Origin: Candidatus Krumholzibacteriales bacterium | GTDB lineage: Bacteria > Krumholzibacteriota > Krumholzibacteriia > Krumholzibacteriales > WJIX01 | Length of the DNA: 64,000 bases | Reading direction: 5' to 3' | Assembly (NCBI GenBank): GCA_046483305.1 | Contig: JAWODM010000046.1 | Coordinates: forward strand, 32,001 to 96,000 | Shown: positions 47,850-57,591 of the stretch, piece by piece | Layout: each line of letters begins with the position of its first letter | Numbering within the stretch: the first letter of the stretch is position 1 | Position numbers and translations under genes: made by a program | Notes under the pieces: generated by a model | What the model saw: only the letters and a program-made list of their open reading frames with translations | The model's database searches: none | What the model was told of the DNA's origin: nothing

Positions 47850-50800
47850 TCATCTGCTGAAGATACCCGGCGGCTATCCTTCCCCAGTCCGATCCCTCTC
47901 CATACTTCTCCAGCACCGCTCTGTATATACCGGCCGCTTCATCGTTTCTTCCCATTTTGCGGTAACACCCGGCCGCTTCCAGCCTGGAGGTAACTCCCCA
48001 CATCCCTCCCGTTCTCAGATAGGGTACCCGCAGGAACTGCCTGACCGCGTCATCGTATTCGCCCAGATTCTTGAGGTTGATCCCTATCCAGTAATATGCT
48101 CTTCCCAGTTCACCCTCCTCGGCTGTAATGGACGTTATTCTGGAGTAGACATCCCGGGCAAGCCTGTACTGGCCCGATTGCCCGTAGGCAAAACCGAGGT
48201 TAAAGAGAATATCCACGATGTCGTCTCTGGCCGGGTAATCCTCCACTAACCTGAACCATACCGAGGCGGCCTGTTCCCAGTTTTCCATCTTCTGGTAAAT
48301 ATTGGCCAGATTCCTGAGGGCCCTGAATCTCAAATCCCGGTCGGGGCAGGATTCCGAAGCCAGTGAATAATTTCTGGCGGCCAGATTCATCTTCTCCAGT
48401 TTTGACTGAACGAAAGCCAGCTTGAACGCCGCCGCGCAGGATAGGGAAGAATGAGGAGCCTCGCGCAGGTGCCTTACCAGTTTCTCCTCGGCCTCCCGGT
48501 ACCCGCCGCTGTTAATATCACAGAGGGCCAGGTAGTACAGAGACTCATCCGAATAATCATCATACCGGCCTGCCAGAGAATCGAAAAGCTGCCTGGCGTC
48601 GCCGTACCGTTCATTTTCAATAAGCATTCTGCCCTTCTCCAGAATAACCTCCGGTATCCGCCGGTCGGATGGGTAACGCTCTCTGAGAAGGGACAGGTCA
48701 GCGTCCGCGCTATCTATCATTCCCGCCCGGTACCGCGCCACCGCCCGGCCTGCCAGTATCCGCAAACTGTCCGTTTCTTCGTATCTGAGAGCCCCCGAGA
48801 ATAATTTCTCGGCCTCCCCGTAATCACCCTGCTTCAAAAGGATCTCGGCGTAAACAATCCGGTTGTCCGGGCTGCCGGTCATCCTTACCAGCTCGCTGAA
48901 ATACTCTTCCGCCCTGCTGTAATTTCCCGCCTGAAGATTTTTCCTGCCGAGTTTCTCCATTGCCCTTGCCCTGATGCTGCTGCCGGCATTCTCTTTCTCC
49001 AGAAGAGCGATATACACTGAATCAGCCTTTTCTCCCTTCCCCATCTTCTCCAGGGCAAGAGCCCTTCTGAAATCAGCCACTGCCGCCGCCTGGCTCCCCG
49101 GGCTCCGCTCCGAAACTGAGCTGTACTCCTCTTCGGCCCCGCTGTAATCCTTGAGATAAAAGTGGCAATCACCCTTCCTGAGCCGGCAGTTCACCCGCAT
49201 CCCGCCAGCCCCGCAGTCAAGGCAGTACTGGAAGGCTTCCTTTGCTTTTCCGTATTGTTTCAACTTAATGCGGAGTTCACCGAGGTCATAGCCGGCTTGC
49301 GGGTCACATCCGCAGGAGGGGAACTTTCCGGTATATTCAGATAGCAGGGACGCCGCTCGAGCGTCGTCACCCTTCCGCTCATATATATAAGCCCTCTTCC
49401 TGGTTATCTCGGCCATATCGCATTCAGGAGGAGAAAGCGCCCCCCATTGCCTGCATGCCGCCAGCGCGCTGTCGGCGGCCCATCCGGCGCCGCTCTCAGC
49501 CGCAGCGAAAAGGTATCCGGCTTTCTTCTTAAGGGCCCAGATACTGCTTTCCCTGCTCCCATAGTATTCCATATACTTATCGAGCCCGGACAGGCGCCGG
49601 GACAGATCCCAGCTTTCCAGCTTCCGCTCCAGATAGGACCGGTAAGACTTTTCCCCCCAGCTGGTACCGCTGTATCTGTTTGCCCCGGTTCTCCAGTGGG
49701 AAAGAGCTTTTTCGAGGTCATCCTCCCTCTTCTCCCCGCCCGGGAGACTTCTCTTATATCTGTCCGAGTAAGCCTTACCCAGATAGAATTCAAGCCTGGC
49801 AGCATCCTCCCCGGAGAGCTCTCGCGAAGCGGCTTCTTCCAGCATAGCCAGGGCCTGGTCAATCAACGAATAATCAAGGTAGGTCCCCGCTGCATCTATC
49901 AGCAGAGATCCCGGAACCTCTTCGCCGAGCAGGAGCCGGTGCACCGATCCCGCGAAATCCCGATCCGCCTTCGGCCGGAGATTTATCAGCTCCAGTCTTC
50001 TTCCGGCTTCAGCCTCTCTCTCCCCCCCGGGAAATTCCTCGATAACCTTCCGGTAAAGGGCCGCGGCGCCATCCAGGTCGCCTGCCGATTCCCTTATCCC
50101 GGCGGCGTTGAAAAGGGCTTTCTCCCTCAATTCAGGTGCCGCGTACGAAGCGGCTTCTTCCCACAGGCCCGCCGCTGCCAGGGTATCATTCAATTCAGAG
50201 ATATAGAGCCGTGCGAGTTCGGCCAGGGCTTTGCCCTTCAGTCCGGGCTCCAGCCCCTCTGAAAGAGCCATCCTGTAGAACCTGGCAGATTCAGGATACC
50301 GGCCCTTCCGGGAATTCAGCTCCGCTCTCAGAAGAAGTATCTCAGGCGAATAAACCGCCCCGGGATACCTGTCCGACATTTTTTCCAGTTCTTTCAGAGC
50401 CTCGTCCGTTTTTCCTCTTTCCCCCTGAATCCGGGCTTTCATGGCATAGGTCCAGCCGGTGGAATCAGCCTGCGGATACTCGGTCCTGTACCTGTCTATA
50501 AGGCCCAGGGCCTTTTCTCCATTCTCCCTCAAACCTGAAGCCCGTATCGCGAAACGGTATACATCGATTCTTCTTTCTCCGTCTTCAAAGATTGACAGAT
50601 AGCGCCGCGATTTTTCCAGAACCTGCTCCGGGTTTCCAGTTTCGGAGTAGAGAAGTATCAGGTTGAAAATCCCCTTCTCCCGGAGATTTTCTTCCTGGCG
50701 GGTTTCCAGTATCCTGCTGAAATACTCTTCAGCCCGGTCAGTCCTGCCCGATGAAGCGGCATCTTTGCCCAGCTTGAGTAAAGCCATGCCGGCCAGCGGT

Positions 50801-51420
50801 GAATCAGGGTATTTTTCAGTGATGGTTTCCAGTTCACGGCAGGCCTCCAGCTCTCTATCCATATTGATGAGAGCCAGGGCCAGAGAATATTTCGCTACCG
50901 GTATAAGGTCTTCGTTCCCTGTTACCTTTATCAGTTTTTTCAGAATCAGGGAAGCTTCTTCCGGATTGCCGGCTTTCAGAAGTGATTCTCCGGCCTCTAA
51001 AAGAGACCTGCCGGCCAGGGCGCAGCCAGGATATTCATCATTGACCATCAGAAATTCAGAGGCCGCCTCCGCGTACATCTCAAGCTTCTTCATTATACGG
51101 CCCCGGTAGAATCTGGCTTTGCAGACCTCTTCAGCCCCCGGGTATTTGTTCAGATAGCTCTGGAAGGTCTCCAGCGCCTTTTCAGCCCTGCCCGCCTGCA
51201 TCCATGATTCTCCCGCCAGAAACAGGGCCCCGGGGCATAGAGCGCTTTCCGGATAGCGGTCGCAGAACCTGATATACTCTTCCGCCGCCGCAACGAACAT
51301 CTTATCCCGACGAAGTTTTTCAGCAAAACTGAAATCTTCGTTTTCCCCGGCCCGCGCCTGATGGAAACAGGACAGCAATATCAGAACAAACAGGGCGGGG
51401 AAAATATATTTTCTCAGCAA
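47815..51420 (-). CDS. Very large secreted/periplasmic TPR repeat protein
   Basis: TTG start after AAGGAGG, signal peptide LRKYIFPALFVLILLSC, many TPR helical pairs with YP.S turns (BamD/CpoB-like). Confidence 0.85.
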   Translation of the reverse strand: MLRKYIFPALFVLILLSCFHQARAGENEDFSFAEKLRRDKMFVAAAEEYIRFCDRYPESALCPGALFLAGESWMQAGRAEKALETFQSYLNKYPGAEEVCKARFYRGRIMKKLEMYAEAASEFLMVNDEYPGCALAGRSLLEAGESLLKAGNPEEASLILKKLIKVTGNEDLIPVAKYSLALALINMDRELEACRELETITEKYPDSPLAGMALLKLGKDAASSGRTDRAEEYFSRILETRQEENLREKGIFNLILLYSETGNPEQVLEKSRRYLSIFEDGERRIDVYRFAIRASGLRENGEKALGLIDRYRTEYPQADSTGWTYAMKARIQGERGKTDEALKELEKMSDRYPGAVYSPEILLLRAELNSRKGRYPESARFYRMALSEGLEPGLKGKALAELARLYISELNDTLAAAGLWEEAASYAAPELREKALFNAAGIRESAGDLDGAAALYRKVIEEFPGGEREAEAGRRLELINLRPKADRDFAGSVHRLLLGEEVPGSLLIDAAGTYLDYSLIDQALAMLEEAASRELSGEDAARLEFYLGKAYSDRYKRSLPGGEKREDDLEKALSHWRTGANRYSGTSWGEKSYRSYLERKLESWDLSRRLSGLDKYMEYYGSRESSIWALKKKAGYLFAAAESGAGWAADSALAACRQWGALSPPECDMAEITRKRAYIYERKGDDARAASLLSEYTGKFPSCGCDPQAGYDLGELRIKLKQYGKAKEAFQYCLDCGAGGMRVNCRLRKGDCHFYLKDYSGAEEEYSSVSERSPGSQAAAVADFRRALALEKMGKGEKADSVYIALLEKENAGSSIRARAMEKLGRKNLQAGNYSRAEEYFSELVRMTGSPDNRIVYAEILLKQGDYGEAEKLFSGALRYEETDSLRILAGRAVARYRAGMIDSADADLSLLRERYPSDRRIPEVILEKGRMLIENERYGDARQLFDSLAGRYDDYSDESLYYLALCDINSGGYREAEEKLVRHLREAPHSSLSCAAAFKLAFVQSKLEKMNLAARNYSLASESCPDRDLRFRALRNLANIYQKMENWEQAASVWFRLVEDYPARDDIVDILFNLGFAYGQSGQYRLARDVYSRITSITAEEGELGRAYYWIGINLKNLGEYDDAVRQFLRVPYLRTGGMWGVTSRLEAAGCYRKMGRNDEAAGIYRAVLEKYGEGSDWGRIAAGYLQQMNDRQKQTDGQK

Positions 51421-51541
51421 AATTTCCTCCTTGGATAACAGTTCGGCCGGAGGCCGGAAAACACTGAAAAAAATAGTAAAAACCGGCTTCGACGTCAACT
51501 CCGAAGCATTCATGCGCCGATCCGGCTGCCCGGCCTTTTCA

Positions 51542-52837
51542 TCACGGTGACAGGCGGTTGAGAAGCCTGGGGAACGGTATGGTTTCCCTGACGTGCTGTA
51601 TTCCGCATATATAGGTCAGGAAACGCTCCAGGCCGAGCCCGAATCCGGAATGAGGAAAAGCGCCGTACCTTCTCAGGTCCAGATACCACTCAAAATCCTC
51701 CTGGGAGAGGCCATCCTCCCTTATCTTCTCCTTGAGAAATTCCAGATCGTAGGCCCTCTGGCCTCCCCCGATTATTTCTCCGTAGCCCTCCGAGGCGAGA
51801 AGGTCCACGGAGAGGCTCAGCGATTCATTCTCAGGGTCCGGTTCCATATAGAATGCCTTTATGGCGGCCGGGAACCGGTGAACAAAAAACGGCCTGTCGA
51901 ATTCTTCGCTCAGAACGGTTTCATGATTTCCGCCGAAATCCCTGCCGTACTCAAAATCTTCTCCCTTATCCCTGAGTATCCCGGCAGCCTGGTCATAAGA
52001 AATCCTGGGGAAAGGAGCCCTGACCTTCTTCAGCTTCTCCACATCCCTGCCCAGGACATCCCTCAGCGAATCTTCGAATTCATCTACGAGCCTGGAGGTG
52101 ACCTCGGCGACAAAGTCCTCGGCCAGTTCCATTATATCGTCGAGGTCCGCGAAGGCGACTTCCGGCTCAACCATCCAGAATTCAATCAGATGGCGCCTGG
52201 TCTTGCTCTTCTCAGCCCGGAAAGTGGGGCCGAAACAGTACACCTTTCTGAAAGCCGCGGCGGTTGCCTCGTTATACAGCTGGCCGCTCTGGGTCAGGTA
52301 GGCGTTATCCCCGAAATAATCGGTTTTGAACAGGGTGGTGGTTCCTTCACAGGCATTAGGAGTAAATATTGGAGTATCGCAGCACACAAATCCCCTGTTA
52401 TCAAAAAATTCCCTGATGTAGCGAATTGCCGAAGCCCTTATCCGGAGAATAAGATTCTGCTTCGAGCTCCTGAGCCATAGGTGGCGGTTGTCCAGCAGAA
52501 AACTGTCTCCGTGCTCTTTGGGAGTGATCGGATAATTCTCCGATAACTGAATTACCTCAAGGAAGTTCAGCTTCATCTCGAAACCCCCGGGAGCCCTGCT
52601 GTCTTCCACCACTTCACCCCGTACCTCCACCGAGGATTCCTGGGTCAGGCCCGAGGCTTTTTCAAAAGTCTCGGCGCCAACCTCCGACTCTTCCACAACA
52701 CACTGTATCGTTCCGGTGCCGTCTCTGATAATAATAAACAGTATCCTGCCGCTGGACCTGATATTGTATACCCAGCCCTTCAGCCCGGCTTCGCCGCCCA
52801 CATATTTGCCGATATCCCTGATTTCTGCCACCTTCAT
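51542..52837 (-). CDS. asnS: Asparagine--tRNA ligase
   Basis: [53 protein letters not shown]. Confidence 0.96.
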   Translation of the reverse strand: MKVAEIRDIGKYVGGEAGLKGWVYNIRSSGRILFIIIRDGTGTIQCVVEESEVGAETFEKASGLTQESSVEVRGEVVEDSRAPGGFEMKLNFLEVIQLSENYPITPKEHGDSFLLDNRHLWLRSSKQNLILRIRASAIRYIREFFDNRGFVCCDTPIFTPNACEGTTTLFKTDYFGDNAYLTQSGQLYNEATAAAFRKVYCFGPTFRAEKSKTRRHLIEFWMVEPEVAFADLDDIMELAEDFVAEVTSRLVDEFEDSLRDVLGRDVEKLKKVRAPFPRISYDQAAGILRDKGEDFEYGRDFGGNHETVLSEEFDRPFFVHRFPAAIKAFYMEPDPENESLSLSVDLLASEGYGEIIGGGQRAYDLEFLKEKIREDGLSQEDFEWYLDLRRYGAFPHSGFGLGLERFLTYICGIQHVRETIPFPRLLNRLSP

Positions 52838-53072
52838 TCTGCCCCCTCTCTGACATATCCTGTTAATCAAATATATCGAATCCCGAAAGCCTGCCTTTGA
52901 GAATCGTACCGGAATACATCCAGCCGGCACATTCATATCAGAAGGGATTCTGCTGTTAATAACAATAAGAAACAATCGACAATAATTCAACATTTTACGG
53001 CATGATTATTGCCAAAATAAAGAAGTAGAAAAACACAAAAAAACTGAACCGTGCAGGAGAAATAAGCTGGAA

Positions 53073-55055
53073 GTGACTAAAAAACAACTAATTACGCGGT
53101 ATGTTATGTATGTCTTGCTGCTGACACCCGTTCTTGCGGTTGCATTCTGCAACCAGGCCGCCGGTGAACTTCTGCACGATATAAAGGATTCCAATCTCAG
53201 AAGTTACATCAGATCGCAGCTGGAGCTGAACCCGCCCGAGCTTGTTACCGCCTCCACTGTTCTTACCATGCAGGCCAGAGCGGCTCTGGAGAATGGAAAT
53301 AAGGGGGAAGCTGTAAGAATGCTTACCGCCGCCCGGGATATTTCCAGCAGCAACTCCGAGCCTTCACTTCTTCTGGCAAAAATAGAACTGACAAGGGGGC
53401 GGCCGGAATTTCTGCTGCATCTTATCGACGCCCTGAAAATTCAGACCGGCTCCTTTTATAAATCAGCTCTCCTGCAACTCAATTTATTCATTCTGCTGCT
53501 ATCGGCGGCGGGGATGGCCGCAGTCCTGTATCTGCTGACGCTGGCCGTCAAATACAACAACGAGATATTTCATAACCCCGAGGAGATATTCTCGGCCAGA
53601 TTCAAGGTGCCGCGGGCCGGATACCTGGGGATGGCCGCGCTGCTGGCTCTGGTAATTCTGCGGCCCGGGTTCGCAATCTATATCATCCTGCTTTCGGCAC
53701 TGGTATGGAGGGTCATTTCCCGGAAGGAAAAAACAGCCCTGGCGTTGATGACTATACTGATTGCAGCAGCCGCCCTCTTCGCTCAGCAGGTAGACAATTA
53801 CGGGCCCGCAGTTGATGAACGAAGCATCACCAGGAAACTATCCCTGTTAAATGAACAGGGCGCCACCGGCATGATGGCAGATATGATCAGGGATATTGAC
53901 AACCCTGAATTCAGCGCGGAAAAGAACTTCGCGCTGGGAACACTTATGTACAGAAGAGGCAACCTCGCCGCCTCACGTGAATATCTCAAGAGATCCATAG
54001 CGGAAAGGAATGATTTCCTCCCCTCATACATAAACCTGGGTAACGTCTATTTCATGGAGAACGATTTTGACAGGGCACTGGCCGGATACCGGAACGCGAC
54101 CACTCTGGATTCCACCAGCGCAATCGCTCACTATAACATCGGCCAGACCTGCATCAAGAAGATGCACTTCAACCTTTCCAGCACCGCCCTGAAGAAGGCC
54201 CGCAGGTTTGGAATAGAAGATTACAGGGAAGATAACCCGGTGGTAAGAATCACCAACCCGGAAGTTCTGAGCTGCGGGTTCAGGAAGGCGGACCTTCGGG
54301 AGATATCGACCCGGGAAAGCAGGCTTAAGAGTTTCAGCATACTCGACCTGGTGTTCAGGCCGCTCATCTTCATTCCGGTTGGCTGGCTCTGGCTGCTGAT
54401 GCCCGCGGGAATACTGCTGGGTTTAATAATATCGCTCGCCACGCCCTCCGAATGGAAAATATTTTACTGCGATAACTGCAATAAGCCGGTCTGCTCCAGC
54501 TGCGTGGATACCGGCAGAGGGATTAACCTCTGTTCAGAATGCAGCGCGGTAGTAGAAAGTTTGTCCAGCGTCAAGGTAATGGAAGCTCTGCTCAGGAGAA
54601 GGAGGCAGAACAAGGCCAGCGATTACATTAAATGGAAATGGAGGATGCTCAGAATTCTCCCCGGAGGGCCTCACATTCTCAGGGGGAAGACCGGCGCCGG
54701 CCTGATTATAATGACCATATTTTCGATCTCCGTCAACCTGATGATCAGGAACGGCTTCTATTTCAAGGATCCCAGATTCATATTCACGCCGGATTCACTG
54801 TGGAGAATAATAGTGCCATTATCGGTAATCGCGTTTCTTTATCTTGTCTCGCTGCGCCTTCCCAAACCGGAGGGATCGAGACGCTACTATATCCTTCCCC
54901 AGGAATTCCAGAGCGTTCCCGAAGAGGAACCGGAGCGGGATATCGGTACAAATGGTTACCTCATGGAACAAGAGGAAGAACAAGGGGTTACGCCCGGCGC
55001 GGCGCCAGGCGAGGAAGTTCAGGACCCCTTCAATACCTTTATAGATTTAATTTAG
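53073..55055 (+). CDS. Membrane protein with TPR domains and a Cys-rich (B-box-like) zinc finger
   Basis: Multiple TM segments, TPRs (YINLGNVYF...AHYNIG), CDNC.KPVCSSC...LCSEC. Confidence 0.8.
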   Translation: MTKKQLITRYVMYVLLLTPVLAVAFCNQAAGELLHDIKDSNLRSYIRSQLELNPPELVTASTVLTMQARAALENGNKGEAVRMLTAARDISSSNSEPSLLLAKIELTRGRPEFLLHLIDALKIQTGSFYKSALLQLNLFILLLSAAGMAAVLYLLTLAVKYNNEIFHNPEEIFSARFKVPRAGYLGMAALLALVILRPGFAIYIILLSALVWRVISRKEKTALALMTILIAAAALFAQQVDNYGPAVDERSITRKLSLLNEQGATGMMADMIRDIDNPEFSAEKNFALGTLMYRRGNLAASREYLKRSIAERNDFLPSYINLGNVYFMENDFDRALAGYRNATTLDSTSAIAHYNIGQTCIKKMHFNLSSTALKKARRFGIEDYREDNPVVRITNPEVLSCGFRKADLREISTRESRLKSFSILDLVFRPLIFIPVGWLWLLMPAGILLGLIISLATPSEWKIFYCDNCNKPVCSSCVDTGRGINLCSECSAVVESLSSVKVMEALLRRRRQNKASDYIKWKWRMLRILPGGPHILRGKTGAGLIIMTIFSISVNLMIRNGFYFKDPRFIFTPDSLWRIIVPLSVIAFLYLVSLRLPKPEGSRRYYILPQEFQSVPEEEPERDIGTNGYLMEQEEEQGVTPGAAPGEEVQDPFNTFIDLI

Positions 55056-55068
55056 CAGAGGACTGCGG

Positions 55069-56190
55069 ATGGGATTCGAAGGAGATGTAAAAGATTTTGG
55101 CCTGAGTGAGATATTCCAGCTCATTTCGGTTCAGCAGAAATCAGGCATGCTGCTGGTATCGGGGGAAGGCAATATCGCTGTCTTTTTCAACGAAGGGCTG
55201 ATAATATCAACCAGAGACCGCAGAAACCGCTCTGCGGACCCTCTGAAAGACTACATGATCAGGTACGGTTTCCTGAGCAGGGAGGTGCTCAGGAAGATCA
55301 ACCGGATTCAGGAAGAAAGCAAGCTGGACCTGACAGAAATCCTCATATCTGAAAAACACTTCTCCGAAGACGAGCTCAGTATAATTTTTCAGGATCAGAT
55401 TTATGAGACCATTCAGGAAGCTATTAACTGGCCTCAGAGCCATTATAAATTCATTTCGGGGAAAAACCTGCTTCAGGGCGTAAAATCCTACGCCTCCATA
55501 AAGGTGGATGCCGTCCTGATGGAGAGTATGCGCAGAATAGATGAATTCCCCCGGCTGCTGGATGAATTCCCTTCTATGGAAATGGTTATCAGCAGGAAGC
55601 CCCCCCCCGAAGGAAAACCGCCTGAAATGAAGGGAAATATGGAGTTCATTTACGAACTTCTCAAGAACAGCATGAACCTGGACCGGATCATATCAAGCGG
55701 CAAGATGGCCAGATTCTGCGTATATGATGCATTGAATAAACTCAGGGAAGAAGATCTGATCGAACTGGCTATACCCCATGAAACGCCTGAGATCGAAATC
55801 AGGGAAGAAGAGAAAGAGGTATCCGGGCGCAGTTATTCAGTGCCGGTTCTGGTAATCGCGGCGGTTCTTGCCGCCTGCTTCATCGCCGGAGAATACCTGG
55901 TACCGGCGGTTCTTCCTCCGGGATGGCCAGTCATGGCACCGGCGGGCAGGAAGGCCGGAGGCACAGGGACGGATATCCCCGGCATCGATGAGATCAGGGC
56001 CCGCCAGCTGGAGAAGAAGATTTCCGCCTCCCTGGAAGCGTACAGAGCAAGCGAGGGATCATACCCCGTGACTATTGAGATCCTGTCTATGAAAGGCTAT
56101 ACTGACCAAGAAACAATTACCCTCTGCAAGGAGAGAGGTTACAGTTACAGACTCATCGATAACGGGCAGAACTTCGATCTCAGAAGATAA
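55069..56190 (+). CDS. DUF4388 (PatA-N-like) domain protein with TM and GspG/pilin-like C-terminus
   Basis: MGFEGDVKDFGLSEIFQLISVQQKSGML, LMESMRRIDE, TM, then SLEAYRASEGSYP. Confidence 0.82.
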   Translation: MGFEGDVKDFGLSEIFQLISVQQKSGMLLVSGEGNIAVFFNEGLIISTRDRRNRSADPLKDYMIRYGFLSREVLRKINRIQEESKLDLTEILISEKHFSEDELSIIFQDQIYETIQEAINWPQSHYKFISGKNLLQGVKSYASIKVDAVLMESMRRIDEFPRLLDEFPSMEMVISRKPPPEGKPPEMKGNMEFIYELLKNSMNLDRIISSGKMARFCVYDALNKLREEDLIELAIPHETPEIEIREEEKEVSGRSYSVPVLVIAAVLAACFIAGEYLVPAVLPPGWPVMAPAGRKAGGTGTDIPGIDEIRARQLEKKISASLEAYRASEGSYPVTIEILSMKGYTDQETITLCKERGYSYRLIDNGQNFDLRR

Positions 56191-56210
56191 ACCTGAAGCT
56201 CCGGAAAAGG

Positions 56211-57086
56211 TCATTCCCCCCGCCCCAGGCTCTTTATAACCGGCGTCAGTACAGAGACCGCATTGATTGCCCTTCCCTTAAGGTCCTCCATCCAGAATAG
56301 ATTGCCCCTTGATAGCTTGCTCTTGACTGTAAATGCCGAATCTATCAGGTATACCCCTTCGCGCCTCAGCATGAAAGGATCGATCCTGCTGTTCGCGAAC
56401 GGAGGGTAAAGCGAAAAAGCAAGCCGGTAGCCGGCTTTTTCCGCTTCTCTTCTAACCTCCGGGCCGGCTCTGCCGAAGGGATAGCTGAGGCTTTTCGCCT
56501 CCACGCCCAGTTTTTCCCTGATAGCCTCCCTGGAAATAATCATCTCCCGGCGGGCCTGCTCAACCGGGATCCGGGTAAGGTCCCGGTGGGTGGCTGTATG
56601 GGATCCCAGAGTAAAACCCATACTCAGCAACTGTCCGAGCTGTTCCCAGTCCATGTGTCTGGATTTTCGCCGGGGAAGGTTAAGCTCCCACCTGTTTTCT
56701 CTGCCCGCGAATGAAGTCACTATGAAAGCAAGGGCCGGTACAGACCTGCTATTCAGGATGGGAGCGGCCTGATGAAGCAGGTCGCAGTATCCGTCGTCAA
56801 AAGTCAGCAGCAGTTCTCTGCCGCTTCCCTCTACCCTCCCCTCCACCATGTCGAGGAAGGTATCTTCATCTATGAAAATGAAACCGGAATCAAGGAGATA
56901 ATCGATATGATAAGCGAACCTGCCCGGGGAAATCCAGGTTCCGCTGAACTCGAAGCCGTCTATCTTATGGTAGGCCAGGACGCCGGGGAAGAAACTATCC
57001 GGCTTGCCGTAATTCCTTTTCCAGTAAAGATAAGAACCTGCCGCCGCCAGTAATAAAAGCAGAAATATCAACAGGGGAAGATCCAC
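56211..57086 (-). CDS. Polysaccharide deacetylase (CE4/NodB) with N-terminal membrane anchor
   Basis: LAYHKI, LTFDDG, GSHTATH, SYPFG. Confidence 0.9.
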   Translation of the reverse strand: MDLPLLIFLLLLLAAAGSYLYWKRNYGKPDSFFPGVLAYHKIDGFEFSGTWISPGRFAYHIDYLLDSGFIFIDEDTFLDMVEGRVEGSGRELLLTFDDGYCDLLHQAAPILNSRSVPALAFIVTSFAGRENRWELNLPRRKSRHMDWEQLGQLLSMGFTLGSHTATHRDLTRIPVEQARREMIISREAIREKLGVEAKSLSYPFGRAGPEVRREAEKAGYRLAFSLYPPFANSRIDPFMLRREGVYLIDSAFTVKSKLSRGNLFWMEDLKGRAINAVSVLTPVIKSLGRGE

Positions 57087-57094
57087 CTTTCACC

Positions 57095-57538
57095 CTAACC
57101 GGTATGACCGAATCCACCCTCACCCCTGGCAGTCCCGCTCAACTCCTCCCGTACCTCCAGGCTGGCATCTGGCAGCGAGCATATAACCATCTGGGCAATC
57201 CGGTCCCCTCTGTTCACCGTAAAGTCGGCCTCTCCGAAATTGTGAAGAATAACCCCTACTTCTCCCCTGTAATCGCTGTCCACAGTGCCCGGGCTGTTCA
57301 GGATACCTATCCCCTTCTCCAGAGCCAACCCGCTCCTGGGCCTTATCTGCGCTTCGTACCCGGGTGGAACCGACAACTGTAATCCGGTGGGGACCATTCT
57401 GGTATCCCCCGGCCTGATAATCATTTCATCGCCGCAGGCGGCGCAGAGGTCATAACCGCTGGAACCTTCGGTCATGCGGGCAGGCTCCGGCAGGCCCCGG
57501 TGATGGGGCAGAAATGATATTCCAACCTTTACTGCCAA
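57095..57538 (-). CDS. dut: dUTP diphosphatase
   Basis: SGYDL, RPRSGLA, GTVDSDYRGE, RIAQ, RGEGGFGHTG. Confidence 0.97.
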   Translation of the reverse strand: MAVKVGISFLPHHRGLPEPARMTEGSSGYDLCAACGDEMIIRPGDTRMVPTGLQLSVPPGYEAQIRPRSGLALEKGIGILNSPGTVDSDYRGEVGVILHNFGEADFTVNRGDRIAQMVICSLPDASLEVREELSGTARGEGGFGHTG

Positions 57539-57591
57539 TAGAGTTCAACCCCCGGATGCAAAGCGGCTGCGGATTATACGGCGCCGACGGC

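Noticed and set aside
52838..52993. N-terminal extensions in the ORF track (asnS, pnp, rpsO, tolC, TBDR, TPR protein)
   Set aside because: Other starts have better SD sequences and match the expected family N-termini or signal peptides, so I trimmed the coordinates.
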